DNA from: Catajapyx aquilonaris
Lineage: Eukaryota
Reading direction: 5' to 3'
Assembly (NCBI GenBank): GCA_000934665.2
Contig: JYFJ02002325.1
Location: forward strand, 1 to 64,000
Length of the DNA stretch: 64,000 nt
In this document: positions 29,182 through 42,931 of the stretch, piece after piece
How positions within the stretch are numbered: the stretch's first letter is position 1
Layout of the letters: the number at the start of each line of letters is the position of its first letter
Made by a program: the position numbers and the translations under genes
Notes under the pieces: model-generated
What the model was told of the DNA's origin: nothing
The model's database searches: none
The model's input: only the letters and a program-made list of their open reading frames with translations

Positions 29182-31517
29182 TCCTGATGGTTGGCAGCTT
29201 GAAAAATCCACGACAAGGGACTAGCTATCAGGGTTGGAGCGCCGCGATGCCTGCAAACAACAGCGTCCGCGCCGATTTGTCACATCCAAAGCAACTTGTT
29301 AGGTGTAATCGCGTGGAGATAGCCGGATAGATGCAAAAGCGGGAGAGATGCGTGAGCAGAGAAAAACAAGAGTGACGTTTGTGTGTGGTGGTTGGGAGAG
29401 AGATATATACGTATAGAGGGATGTGATGGAGGGTGTAGGGGGGGGGGATAGAGATGGGGAGGTGGGATTGTTGGGTTGGGCGCCAGAACATCCAGCCAGT
29501 GTTACTTGGCTCTATTCCCGACTTGCCTGCTCTGATAACATGTATCACGTCCGCAATCGCCCTTCCCGCTCCAAAAACTCAGCCGAGCACCGCCATTCTT
29601 CTCCGACATTGCCTACCATCCTGCCTGCAGGCCTATATAGCCTGTTTCTAGCGAGCAACATCAATGCTTGCACTAAAAAAGAATATCCGACTATACATGC
29701 AAAGTAGAACTGGTTTATTATTTTCAGTAATGTTTTATGGCTAGTGTGGGAATGTAAATATTATTCTATTGTGCCATTTACGGAGGCGAGTGGTCGAACG
29801 TAAAATAATTCACCGCACTATTATTTTATACTGCGTAGCATCGTGTTACACGCCTTTCTTTTATTATCCTGGTTATGTTGGAAGTAAATGGCTCTATCAC
29901 TTTAGCAGTGGGGCATTAGTTAGATTCAGCTTTTAGAGCCTTTTTTGCTACAGGATGTGACATAGTAAATATCATTTTGTAATAATTTATGCCTTACTTT
30001 AAGGACTAAAGCTCATCAAAATGTTTTATAATAATTAGTGCCATTTTGGTCGAACTACTTGATGATTCTGTTCTACTAAGTTAGTACACTTTTACATTAT
30101 TTTGAAATAAATTAATTTCACAACTTTTACATAAACGATCTTCTTACTTCAGGAAATGCTTCCTAGCAATGACAAACCCTAGATTTGGCGAATTATAATA
30201 TGGTTGTATGAACAATATATTGTGTGTCACATTATTCGTACATTGAAATTTTTAGACCTCTATTAAATCCAAACCATCTTCATGTGTGCTCTCTTTCTGT
30301 CTGGGTGCATTTATTTTTTATTGTATCTTAGACACTCGTCTTTCCATAAGAAATAATTACTGCCAGCGGAAGTTACCTTCACATATGGCCAAGTTGTACT
30401 TCATCTAATGATTCTACAGCTAGTACTAAAGTATTGATATAAAGGTAACCTTTACTGAGCACAGCAAGCAATATCTGGAAATATTATTTCTGCTACATTT
30501 CTAATGGATCTAGAACATATCAGTTTCTCTCATTATTCTAAAGTAGCCATCTATCCGCAATATGTACTTGCAAGTGTATTAGAAGCAGGTAAGGGCTATC
30601 CTCCAGTGGCGATCAATTAGAGAGAGAGTCTCCATTAGAGCTTGTCCAAGTCATCGTCTTTAGTGCCTAAGAATTGGGCTGTGAGGATCCCGTTTTTCTT
30701 GCGTTTTACGTGCCATTTGCCAGCTTCCACTGGCTCATTGTCGTCCTTTGAAAGGCGTTTTGCCTGTCGCCTTCAATCTCGCCAACTCCAGCGGATAAAC
30801 CCCTTTGTCTCTGGCACAATGGTCGCCAAAACAAAGGCGCGGCCCAAGCAGAAGTAGTCTGCTGGGCTTCTTCAGAAACAAGCACCAAACTTGGGGGGGA
30901 AGGATGGAGTTGGGGGGAGGGCACCCTGAGGGTGATAGTGATGTGGGATGGAAAAGGAGGAGGCGAGGCAACCCAAAGAATGAAATTTAAAGTTGAAGGA
31001 AGCCTGCTCCATATATACACTGCAGCAGGAGAGTGAAGCAGTGAGAAAGAAGAAGGAGGGAAAAAAAAGAGATGGCTCCTCCTACATACTAGCCAAACTT
31101 AGCATGTGGGCCAAAATGCCTCTCCCGAGAGAGGGGGGAGGAATAAAGAATAGAGAAAAGAGGGAGAGAAGGGATGGAGAGAAAAAAACTGTGGAGGAAA
31201 TGAGGCAGCCTTCATCCTGTGAATGGAGTTGTTGAAAAATGGAGGGGGCAAGTGCGTGTCTGCTGGGTTTGAATCGGGACTGCAGCAGAGGAGCTTGCTT
31301 GGCTCCTTTTAATCATGGAGAGCGAAAAAGGCAGGGTCCTTAATGAGTTCTTTGTTACGTGAGGAGAGTTAATGAAACAATAACAGAGTTGCATTGGGAG
31401 CTACACCTCTCCACTCGACTACTCGGCTCTGGCAATCAAAGTGCGTCGTTTTCCATCCCTTGCTAGGTAGGGGATTCTTTGCATTTTGGCCCCCTTCCTG
31501 CTCTGGCTTCCAAACGT

Positions 31518-31582
31518 AGATGGATAGATGGATGACTGGATGGATGGATGGATGGTTAAATGGATAGGTAGATGGATGGATG
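31518..31582. repeat. Imperfect (GATG)n microsatellite
   Basis: Directly visible. Confidence 0.85.
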
Positions 31583-33563
31583 GGTCCGCCGCTCCTAATG
31601 CTCCTTTTGTCCTTGTGTCGACAACTAGCCTTCCCCACGACGCATATTAGCTTCCATTTGCATTATTTTGGACTGGCTTGGAGCTCCTTTCTTTGCGAAC
31701 ACTCTTTCTCCTCTTCGCCCTAATGATATGCATGCGCTTTTCCTCCCGCCTCTCCTTCAATCCATTAGAAAAGCATCGCTCGCTGCTGTTTGGATACTAA
31801 ATGCTCATCCGGACCACCACCTTTTTTCGTATACTGTTATAGAATTTACTGCGTCTGTAAAAATGTAGCTGACTCAGCTCATATCAATTGGCATCGTCTT
31901 TTCAATAATAAATGGAATCATACGCAAAATTTGCAGGAAGATTTTGGTCGATGCCATATTCTGAAACACAGTATTTCCGCAAAAATGCTGCGTAAGCACG
32001 AGGATTACTTTAAAAAGAAATGTGCCTGTTTCGGCCAGGCTACGTTTGTCCTTGGAGATAACGCCACATTGTAGTTTACTGCTATGCCTCGTTCCATCAT
32101 TACTTTGCTCACTTTTACTGCAGTTTACTTTCCGAATCCCCAGGAGAAGAAAAGGCATAATGATTACTATCGTGAGGGGAAATTTGGAACGTCACCGTTT
32201 TGTCATATGCTGGTACGGTTCTTTCAGGGCTGACACAAAAGCCATTTGAAATAGTTTATAGTCGAGACCGCTTCTCCAAATTGATACTGTTCGGTGATCT
32301 GGTTGTAAAGTTGGAGTGGGACACTATTCTTTGGCGGGTAATGGAGAAAAGAACGCGAGGGCTGTTTGTTTTAGCGCTTGCGACACTTGACGCGTTTAGA
32401 TGAGGGAATAAGTGGAAAAGTCCAAGCGAGTTGAAGCCATCAATTAGATTTTTTTGAGAGGAGGACGTGAGGAATTGGTTGGAAGGGGACGGCAGGGAGG
32501 GAAAGGAGAGAGGGGGCTGGCGTTATAAATCCAGTGCAGACGGCCTTTGCAGGGCTCTTGCAGCAAAGTCTCTGCAGCAGTTGCGCATGCAAGTAAGGAG
32601 CAGGGTGCTGGAAGGCAGCCAGCGCAAGCAGAGCCGCCACCGGCATCTTCTTCTTCCTCTTTCGCCAGGGAAGAATGGCAGGCCTGACAAATCCCTTTCC
32701 TTCCTGGTCCCCCCTCAACAAAAGAGTCGCTCGCCATCCGCCGGAGATGGAACTCTCTTGAATTAGCGCAGGTCGCACCAGCTCCACTCTGCCAATTATC
32801 ACTGCCACTGTTTCTCCCACCTCGTCACTCGGGATCACTCTCACCCTACCATTTGCCAACAACCCCCCTCCACTTACCACCTTCTAATCTATACTGTATA
32901 TTCATTTCTTTACAATGTGCAATATTGCCTCTCCTACTCTGGATGTTGCTCATCACAGCTTATTATAAGCTGACTAACATAGCCGGAAAGATGCATGGAA
33001 AAAGTGTAATGCAATAGCTACTGTATAACCTCTTGAGACACTGTAATGCTGCATGATCCCGCACTAATTCTGATAAGATGAGCAGAGAGAAATTAAATTA
33101 AATCTCTTATCGTACCTTTGTGACCTCACCCTTAGGTCCATATGCTTTAGGAAAAAAATCACTTAACCGTATAAGTTCGGGCAGGGTAAAACTGTTAAAA
33201 ATGCATGTTAAGTCCAGATTATGCGTTGCTGTTGCACGTAAACCGGATTGTTGTGCTTTTCCGGAGAGTGTTACATGCATTTGGCCGGCTCTCCCAGCAG
33301 CAGCTTTTTTTTCACCGTAGCGTTGTTCCTGTACAAATAAAGTGCAGGGTCCCGGCAGATATAATATAGGCAACACCGGAATAAATGCGCATTTTTTCCT
33401 TCCACCTCCGACCTTATCTCCATTCACATGCATGAGAATAGTTTCCACTAGGCCAAGTGCGAACTGTGTCGGCCAATCTGCGCCCTGTTTCCAACAGTAC
33501 CAGTCTGGATGTTATTATCAATGAGTCGGGCCATCATAAATTTGCTGCAAAAGCGATAACTGC

Positions 33564-33581
33564 GGGGGGGGGGGGGGGGCN
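33564..33581. other. G16 homopolymer ending in CN; ambiguous base or assembly join
   Basis: The only N seen in the window is at 33581, right after a poly-G run. Confidence 0.9.
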
Positions 33582-34492
33582 TTTTCTCTCCCCCTTCCCC
33601 CCTTCCCCTCCCGCCCTCTAGCGTGATGCAGTGTTGACTGGCTGACGTGCCCATATAATTATTCGTTGTACGGATTTGGCCAGCCTGCGAATAAACGTGC
33701 CTAATGCAAGCTGGTTTATGACGCTTCCGTTAAGCGGTTTTGAATAATTGGTTGTCCGCCGAGTTCCCCCGCAAACGCAATCATCACTTCATAATAATAG
33801 GCCCAGCCCGCTTTCGAACTATTTGTTTTAACAAATGCATTGCGTAAGTACGTTACTGTTACGCACCACGTTTGCATATCACTGTTCCAACACAGACCAA
33901 ACTGACGTCAATTTTTTTTCTAATTGGAGATGACCATTTGTGCACATTGGGAAGCAAAAGGACACAATTTTTAAAAAATGCAAATTGAGTTAGGCCTAAA
34001 TGATGTACACAGAAGGGAAATTAACACAATTTTTATGAATAACTTATATTTATTTTTAATCCCCCAGATGGATTGGCAATCCTTTAGTGTGATATGCAGA
34101 TCTGGCAATACAGTATTAATATTACAATTAGTTTCATTTTCATGAATATATTAGCGTCATGTGTAGTGCATACATATCCTTTTCATCAGACAATCCCCGA
34201 TTATTTGCCAATGTAACGATATTGTTTCGGTCATGTTTGGTGTTGTCAAAATCAGAAAATGGGAAGCTATTGGTATTCAGATGGGTGGACTCGCTACATG
34301 AGACATAATCCGAGCAAATATCTGCAGAGTCTGAGGAAGGGGGGACTGGGTGGGTGGGAATGAGGTGGGAGGCTGAGAGATTGGCGGGGCAAGAGTCTGC
34401 TCGGTGCTGCGGATGAATTGGGCGTCAATTTGGTGATTTGCAGCCAGGGCGAGGCGAGAGGGGGGGAGCCAAGAGGCCCAGGGCCCATAAGC

Positions 34493-34512
34493 AGGCAATT
34501 TGCATGTGGAAT
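34493..34512 (+). promoter_or_regulatory. Copy 1 of a 20-bp motif containing a POU octamer
   Basis: AGGCAATTTGCATGTGGAAT is identical to 39736-39755 and contains ATTTGCAT. Function is inferred. Confidence 0.4.
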
Positions 34513-34523
34513 TGAGGGAGAGG

Positions 34524-34547
34524 GGAAGGAAGGAAGGAAGGAAGGAA
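34524..34547. repeat. (GGAA)6 microsatellite
   Basis: Directly visible. Confidence 0.9.
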
Positions 34548-37500
34548 AAGGAAAAAAGAGAAGGAAGCTGCTACAGGCATAAAAACAGGGCGGTCTCTTC
34601 CTGGACACTGGCTGCCCAGGGAATTTCTGTGGGGATGAGATGGATGGAAATGCCCACCCCGCCGATGAATTAGGCTTAGTTGGCCCCACTCTGCATCGGA
34701 AGCTGCCAATCAGGATTTGATGGCGCCTGCTTTTTATTGGCGCTGCCTATTCCATAATACTTTTACGCTACGGGCTTGGCTTCATAAAGCCACACTTTGC
34801 CCTCCATTAAAGGGCTCATATTCGCTACTATGACCCCAATAATAGATATAATGCACAGTTGACAATGACTCTCCGATGGGAAAATGTTGTCCTTTAGCAC
34901 TTTTCAAAGTGCGGGGGCTATGATTTTTCGGGTTAAACTCCGGACGACATTTTTTTTGCACCGCACTTTCAATCTAGGCCCATAGCCACCAAAATGTGGG
35001 TGAGGTGTTGCCATATAATCCGCAGCATTAATACCTAACACCCCCTCTTTTTTTCGCCTCGGTATTATAGGGACCACCGATGGCTCGAGCCAAATATCTC
35101 CTGAAAAGCAGTGGCGTAGTGTCCACCTGTGTCCTTAATCTCAGAAAAGGGGTCACTAATCGCCGAATAATGACCGTTAATGATTTTTTTAAATATTCGG
35201 GGAAAAATCAGGGTTAAAGCTCACACAAATCCCTCTCCCAACATCCTAACCGCATGATGTTTTGACACCTTTAACAGCATATGAAAATGATCCGGCGAAA
35301 TTGGTCGGTATTTTTTGTGCGCCTTATTAAATGGCGAAAATAATGCAACCTTTACTGTAGGTATCACGTAATTGGGAAGATATACTGTATATGACTACTT
35401 GAATTTCAAAATCGGTACACTGTATTGTCCAGTCGTAATCATAAACTCACAAGTAACAAACTTACAATATGACAGTGCTACAGTGCAAGTGTCAGTTTGA
35501 CTGTTTTTAATTATTTTTCATTGCACAGGCGACTAATTTTAATGTACAGTTGTAGACAAAACAAGAAATATTTGCTATGAGAGCATATACGATCGCGCCA
35601 TGATAAACGCACATGCTAATTATCCTTCTGCAATAGCGCAATAGATCAACTAGTCCTTTGTCCTTCTCTGTCATGCCTGGAGGTCATAAGAATATTACGG
35701 TAGTAATATCGTGCGAATCACTTTGCGACCGACTCCAGTGCAACTGACATGCACATGGCGTGAGAATGGAAGACAGTATACGGGTAATCAAGTATACGGT
35801 TTTAGTAGCACCATAAATGAGGTGTCAACGGATGTCAAGCTGAGTGTTTCAGGACTAGCTGTCCCCTCCACCAGATTGAAAGCGTTCCACCTAATTATTA
35901 CGCCTGGAAAACTCTCATTACCAACTCCTTTTTAATTTCTGCTGATGTCACACGTACCTAAAAATTTTAGAGAACCAGAAGCGGATCAAGAAAGCGCGCA
36001 CCCACTTGTAGTAATTGCCTCCGTCAAAGCGAACGAAAGTGGTGTTCCCAATATTAAACAACTGATGGAAAGGACTCGGATAAAACGCACTCTGGCAATT
36101 CTCCTGTGGCACCGGATTTCCATAGCAAAGCTACTTGGTGGCAAGAGGCGGCGGCATTCTAAAATGTACATAAGAGTGGGAGACCATTTGACAAGTGAGG
36201 ACTCACCCTGCATTCCCTCCCACCCAAAGTGTGTAATCAGGTGGAGCAAGCGCTTTGAGCATGGTTGAACCAAAAAAGAAAAAAAGACACCAAAAAAGGT
36301 TGTGGTGGGTGGTAGGTAGGGTGGAGGGTAGAGGGCACTCCCATCGGTCCCTAATCCTGTTGGAACTGGCAATCTCCCAATCAGATCTAATTATGCGCGC
36401 CAATGGGAGGCATTGTTGGCGGGGGAAAGATAGGGAAGACTTGCAGGCCTGCAATCTGTCAGGATTACCGCTTCCCCCGGCTTGGGATAGCAGGCTTAAG
36501 ATCCAGTCGTTAAAGTGGTAACCGTTCGCCCGGATCCCCTCCATGATGTTGCGGAAATCACTTGGTGGACCCATTGCGGCTCATGCCCAGCTTCTGCATC
36601 CGTCTAACAACATCACTGCCCAGCCCGGACATGGACCAGACACGCCCCATGTGAATTCCGCTCATTTTCAGCTCAGCTGACTAGCCCATAAGAATTCATT
36701 GTCCGGTCTGCTCCTATCAGCACTCAAAATTAAATAAGCAATCCCTCCCACATCAGCATCACCTTGTTCCAACAGACGGGTTTGGGCATTCTCCCAAAAT
36801 ATACATATCTGCACCCACGGCACAGATCCAGATTGAGGATTCAGACTGGCGATCGCCTCTTTTCAAAATCTTGTTTGAAAATTAAGCCTCGCATTTGTTG
36901 ATTCACACGTTAGTCTGTTTGCACAAGCCTTGGGGGAGTTGCTGGTCTTTGCATCAGGTGCCCTTAGGCGAAGAAGTGGATGGAAAATAAAGGTATATAG
37001 GGAAGGAATCGGGGAACCTTCTGCGGCTGCAGAGGTTGCGGGTGAAATTCAAAAAGGAATATGCCTTTTATATTTGTTTGGACGTGTGTGCGACGGTGGA
37101 ATGCAAGAAAAGGCTGGAGAAAGGAGGGCGCGGGCTTGTTTAGAGTTCAGGTCAGGTAGGCACTGGGAGAAAGGACCGCTCCTAGGATTTAATTTAGCGA
37201 TTTGCGGCGAGCGGCGCAGACAGCTGAGAAGTTTGTGTGACGTGCTTACCATCCGGTGAGTACTTTTCCATGTAAATGCGCTTTAACGCCCGCTTTTAAA
37301 TGTAAGCGAGCTTGTCCGTCCCATCCACCCCCCGTTATTTTAAAACGCAACATGAAGCGATAAGTGCGCGCTTATTAACTATGAAATACATTATGCGTGA
37401 AATCAATGGTCGTAAAGTGGACTTTTTGTGCCTGGTTGATGACGGGGGGGTGCCTGGGTTCGATTCACTGCTAAACCACTCCATTTAGTGCCAGCTGTGT

Positions 37501-39735
37501 CCGCAGCCCCGCCCGGCAGCTGTAGACATATTTTCTGCAACTACCAAACTACCATATAGCTTTCCCATGAAACGAGGCATTAGTGCTTTATTATAGACTC
37601 GCTCCTGGGGCCGTACACACACTTTTCCAAGCATATCCCAACCTATAATTTTTCCTTCATGTGAAATTGGTCCGCACCGCAACGTCCTATAACTTATGCA
37701 TCGAGAGAGGGCTTGGTGCACATCGGTGTAAAGGGGTTGGGCCAATCTGCGGCTCCATCGGCAGCATCCATTTTCCGGCGGGGAAATGCTTGTTGACCGA
37801 CACAAAAGCATTGCAAAGATTTGGGCGGTGCAGTCCGTTTACCCTTCAGGGTGGGGGGAGAAGAAGAGAGAAAACAAAGGGAAAGGCTGCTTCTGCTGCT
37901 GCTTCTGCCCTGGAGGGAAATTTGAGTAGTTGTTCTGGAAAGGGGGAAACCGTCTTCTGCTCTTCCCGATCCCAGAGGAACTAATAAATCATCTGCCGTT
38001 CAGCGTCTGCGGCGGCCGTCGCACTGCTGCAAAAGCGAAGGGAAAAGGAAAGAAAAAGATATAAGTGGAAGGGAAGGGAAAGAGGACTATAAGACTAGGG
38101 TGAGGGTTTGCCGCACTATTTCACCACTTTGTGACGCTTGCCAACTCGAATATTCGCTTGATACCGTAAATATATATTAAGCTTATTTTCTACTCCGCGT
38201 CAGTTCAACGAACGCATGCAATATTAAACTGAATCCCTGTCAGCATGTGGTGCGTGCTTTGGAGGAAAAAATCGGGGTATACTACAGTAACCTCTGTGTC
38301 CGAAGTGGGCGACGACGCTTCAGCCGTGGAGAGATGCAGTTTGGGAAGGGTCGTTAGGCCGCATCTGGGGCGCCATCATCCTTTTCTTGACTCCTCCTTC
38401 TCCTCCTTACCTCCCCCCCTCGGAGCACAACGTACGGCAACATCTCCGCTGAACTCAAGTGGGCTGCGGGGAACACGCTCCAAGATCTAAGTGGCAGTAA
38501 AATATCCCGGGAACCTTCCTAATTTCTCAGCCGTCACATATCGCCCGAGGAACCCGAAACCAAGGCACTCTTGCTGCCACATTCATCTCCCGCTGCCCCG
38601 AATTCCCTCCGAACAGGGAAGCACTAAATCCGCCCCGACGTGGCCTAATGGACAACTAGAAAGATGTTTAAGTGGCCGTGGCACACCCAACCCACCCAAC
38701 CCGTACCCACCAGACGCAAAAATTATGTCTTCATCTCTAATCCCCCTGACCGCATGATTAGCACCCAACGGCTTGACCCACGCTCGGCTTGACCAAAGAT
38801 GGCCGATTGCCCGACCTTCCCCAGCGTCCCGCCAGGGTCGCCTTAGGTCCACCATCTAGCTATCTCTATCCGGCGAGTGTGGATAGGCATCTGGCTGATG
38901 GGGCGTGGAGTACACTTGCGAAATGAAGACGCGGCGGCACGACGTGCTTCCTGCGACCATAACCCCCCAAACTTAACTCATTTGCGTGCGTTTAATCTAC
39001 GGCCGCCGCGATTCCCGCCACTTATTATCCATAATATAGACTACTTTTACGAGGGGATTGTACAGCATTACATTACCGGCAGGAAATTAGGCGGACATCT
39101 TAAGCCAGCCGCCACACCGACGGAGTGAGGAGGCACTTGGCTCCCTCCCCTGGAGGAAGGAGGAAGGAGGAGGAGAAGAGAGGCTTCAGGAATGGATCAA
39201 GAGCCGCCTCCTGCTGTTACTAGGGCGCCACTAAAGCCACTTCCTCGCAGGCTCACTAGGCCACAAGCTAATTATTCCTCGACTGCTATCACTCATCTGA
39301 TCCGTCAATCAAATGTGCTTGCCTGAAGAGGACGGTTCTGAGTATGTAGAATATAGGCCTGCTACTGCGCATTAAATTGTTAAAATATTTAAGTAATTTA
39401 AATTTTTGAGAAACCGAGCTGGCTGCAGGCGGAGGGCACAAAAAATGTGATTGTTTCTGTAAGGGCAGGCGGCATTAGGCAGAGGGTGAAATGTCGTATA
39501 GGAAGGGAATAGAGGCGAGCTAGGGGTTAAGCCAGGCAAATGAAGTTTTCGAGAGTGGTTGGGTGGGTTGTGGGGGGTGTAAAAATGGGCATAGTGGGAG
39601 GAAAAGCTGTGAGAATTAGGCTGGGGGTCCTCTGGCGAGTAAAAAGGGAGGCTGATTGAGGGGAGGCCCGCACACGGAACAGGCTGGTGCTGCAAAAGGC
39701 AGGCAGCCTGAAGGGGGACTTTGCCGCCTACAAGT

Positions 39736-39755
39736 AGGCAATTTGCATGTGGAAT
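39736..39755 (+). promoter_or_regulatory. Copy 2 of the 20-bp octamer motif
   Basis: Identical to 34493-34512. Here it extends to GTGGAATG (TEAD/Scalloped consensus), with TTCCCACG (Su(H)/CSL consensus) at 39782-39789. Confidence 0.4.
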
Positions 39756-42700
39756 GGGAGCAGAGTGGAATTTGGAAGAGTTTCCCACGATGGCTTCCGG
39801 GGATGCTGATGACTAGCTGCCTGCCTTCCCTTTTCCATAGATGTGCAATGTGAAGGCTCAGCCAGGGCGTTTCTTCCACCGGGACTAATTCCCTGATTTG
39901 TTTTTCCTGGCTTTGCACTTTTAACTGGCCGGCTGGCTAATGGGTGCTGATGTACAGGGGGACTCAACTCATACCTGTACTCCACTCCAACTGATTGCCA
40001 TTCGGCCTTACAAGTTCGCCATACTGTACAAACGACCTATATTTGCCCGTCAGCCAGTTTCATCGAAAAAAATTTTTTACCTGGCCCTGTACTGAATTCC
40101 CATGCGATTCAAAGTTTTTTTTTGCTAAAAACTGGCAAAAGTTTTGGACCAAACGTCGCGTGGGATTACATGGTTCATAATTAATTCATTGCTGGAAAAT
40201 TGCGTCGTGGTCTGTCACTCATTTCTTGCACACTTGGCACCGTGGCTGGAAGGCATCATGCACCGGCATATACAGTACCCAACTCGGCTTGTATCCAACC
40301 AGGTTTCTTTGGAGAGTAATTTGGGTATGATAGGGGAGTCTCTTGGCTCACTAACTGCAATCCGACGCACACACGAAGAGGCCATAATTAGCGCGGTGGA
40401 ATGAGTGAGTGCGACCTGGGTGCAAGTGGCCCACGCGCATGTTAATTCGCGCTTTTCATTTGCTGGACATGATTGCACCTTATATAGCGAGTGAAGAAGG
40501 GGGGTAGGGAGAGAGAGAGAGAGTTTTATCAGATTCTCCCGCTTAATATTGGGGGGATGGTTAATGCCCCGCTGGGAGTGGTAGTAAACTCCGTCCCATG
40601 GCGTATAATAGGAAGATAATTATCTCACGAATGCGAGCCAGCCAGGAATGGTGGTGGAAGAGGGGGGGAAACCGTGTGTGTATATATGTGTTAGTGTTTG
40701 TGTGTGTCCGGTGGGTGGGGGGAGGTCGGTACCGCAACACAACGCATAATAGTACCCCCCTAGAATAGCTTGCCATCCACGTCATGTGCATCTGCAGTGG
40801 ATGAAATAAGGAGCAATTTCGGCGTCAGGACTCTCGACCATGATATCACGTGTGCGATACTGCTCGCACCTTTTCCACCGCGCACAATAGGTTTTTTGTT
40901 AGCATTTCGAAAATCCGCGCGCACTACAATAGATCGGATTAATTAGACAAGCGCACGTTCTTGTTGTGGCAAAAAAAGAGTATTTGAATGAATTACCGCT
41001 GTCTTTAATAAACGCACCCGATTCGTCAGCAGCAGTGATGTGAGATGAGAGAAGCCGACAAATTACGGCGGGCCCACCCTCCCCCCCTGTTTGGAAGGAA
41101 TGAGGGCAAACGTTGGTGGTGATGCAAATCAGTTGAAAGTATAAGGGCCAAAGAGTCAAATGAAAGAAGTTTGTCGGGTCGAAGGAGAGGAGCAAGTTTT
41201 CCTTTCCCTGCTTGCTTCCTTCCTTTCCTTTCCTTCTTCCGTCGCCATACGGACTCGGAATAAATCAGAACTGATGAAGCCTGAGGAGCGATCTCGTCGA
41301 TATGCGAGCGGTTAGGGGTTAGAAAGGTGGGTGGGTGGGTGGGTGAAGAGAGGGGGAGAGAAGGCAGCAGCAAGGGGGAAGCTTCTGATTAGGTCTCTCT
41401 CTTGGCACTCCCAATCAGCCGCTTCTTCCTATTCCAAGCCGCTAACTCGAAGAGGGAATTCCTTCTTTGGGATTTTAAGCTTCACTGCAATTTCAATAAA
41501 ATGTTCTCACAGCAGTGATTAGCTTGCCTTTTGGGCTCTCCATTCACAGGGGGGCCAGAGTGCTCCAATCATTTCCACAGAAATTGAAGTCCTTTGGGGG
41601 AAGAAGAGAAAGGAGGCTTAGCTGCAGGCTTCTGGATCCTTTCCGCGCGTACAGATACACACGCACAAACACATATCTTCCACAAATCGATTTCCGATGT
41701 ATCAACTTGTTCCTATCCAGGGCGCATGAATCTGTTGATCAACTTTTTGAGAATGCCTGTAGTTGAGAGACCGTTTCTACTCACGTCCTCCACCTCCAAT
41801 TCATCCCATTAAAGGAGCCCTAGGAGGAATTACTCCAAGAGACGGCTTCAACCCGACTGCAGTGCCCAGATACTAACTCACTAGCTCTCTCTTTTTTTAT
41901 TTTATTCTAAAAGGGAGGGGGCATGCACACAAAGGGGACGAGATTTCGATAAGATCCAGGGGCTGAGCTCCAGGAGCCCTCTTTATGCTGCACTTGGCTC
42001 AGCCGATATCCGCCACCATTTCCTCCGACTAGATTCTTCCGATGCCGCCTCATCCAAGAAGAGACAGGCGCCGGTCCATGCTCATAGCCCTCTGCTGTCT
42101 TCAAATTCCTGGATCCTGGAAGGGCCAAACCCCTCTAGCCCCCAAAATGAGGCCGCAGGTCAACACGTCTAAGGCCCTTTTCCGACCCCCACTGGAATTG
42201 CACGGATTGCTCCAGCATTACCATTCCTCATCCGTCCACTTAAAAAGCAAACTAAAGGCAACGTTTTGATGGGCCGGCTCGGAAAAGCGACGTTATCACT
42301 TTGCCGAAGCAGGGGCGATCTGGCAATGGTCCAGACTCAAACCCCCTTTTTTGGGAAGGTGCGGGATCATGCAAAAGTCTAAAATGCAAGCAAGGCTACA
42401 TGTTTGAAGTCCTTTGCCTTCTTTTCCCCCTCCAACCATCCACCCCGCCTTTCTCTAATCGAATAATCGTGCTGGATGAAAGGACGACCGGCATCGAACA
42501 TGTCGTCGATCAGGGAAAGAGATGCGGTTGCATCTGCATCCATTTCCTGTAGCATTCACGGGGAACGAAAAAGAGGAAAAAGAGGAGGATGGGGGAGAAA
42601 AAGAGAAAGAGGATGGGGCTTGGACGAAGCCGGCTGGAAAACGATGGCGTAGGGATGAAGGAGCTAAAATGTCCCCCACCTCGTTAAATTGAGACCCTCC

Positions 42701-42858
42701 GCCAATTCAGCTGCCCCTAAAAAATTTACTGCTTCCTTCTTCCGAAGGGAAATTTGGGGCGGCAAGAGATGAATGTGGCGCTTGAGAGCCTTGCTTGGGA
42801 TTCCGCCAGCAATGAGCCCGAAGAAAAATGGAAGTCTCTGCGGATATTTTAGTGCGCC

Positions 42859-42931
42859 AACGGCGGCGGCGGCGGCAACGGCGGCGAAGAAGAAGAAGAA
42901 GAAAACGACGAAGGAAGAGAAAAGAAGAAGA
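42859..42931. repeat. (CGG)n followed by (AAG)n low-complexity tract
   Basis: Directly visible; explains the poly-Ala/poly-Lys/poly-Phe runs in the spurious ORFs here. Confidence 0.85.

Noticed and set aside
37400..37470. tRNA or SINE suggested by the B-box-like GGTTCGATTC (similar word near 48309)
   Set aside because: No A-box at the proper spacing, no cloverleaf, and no second homologous copy.
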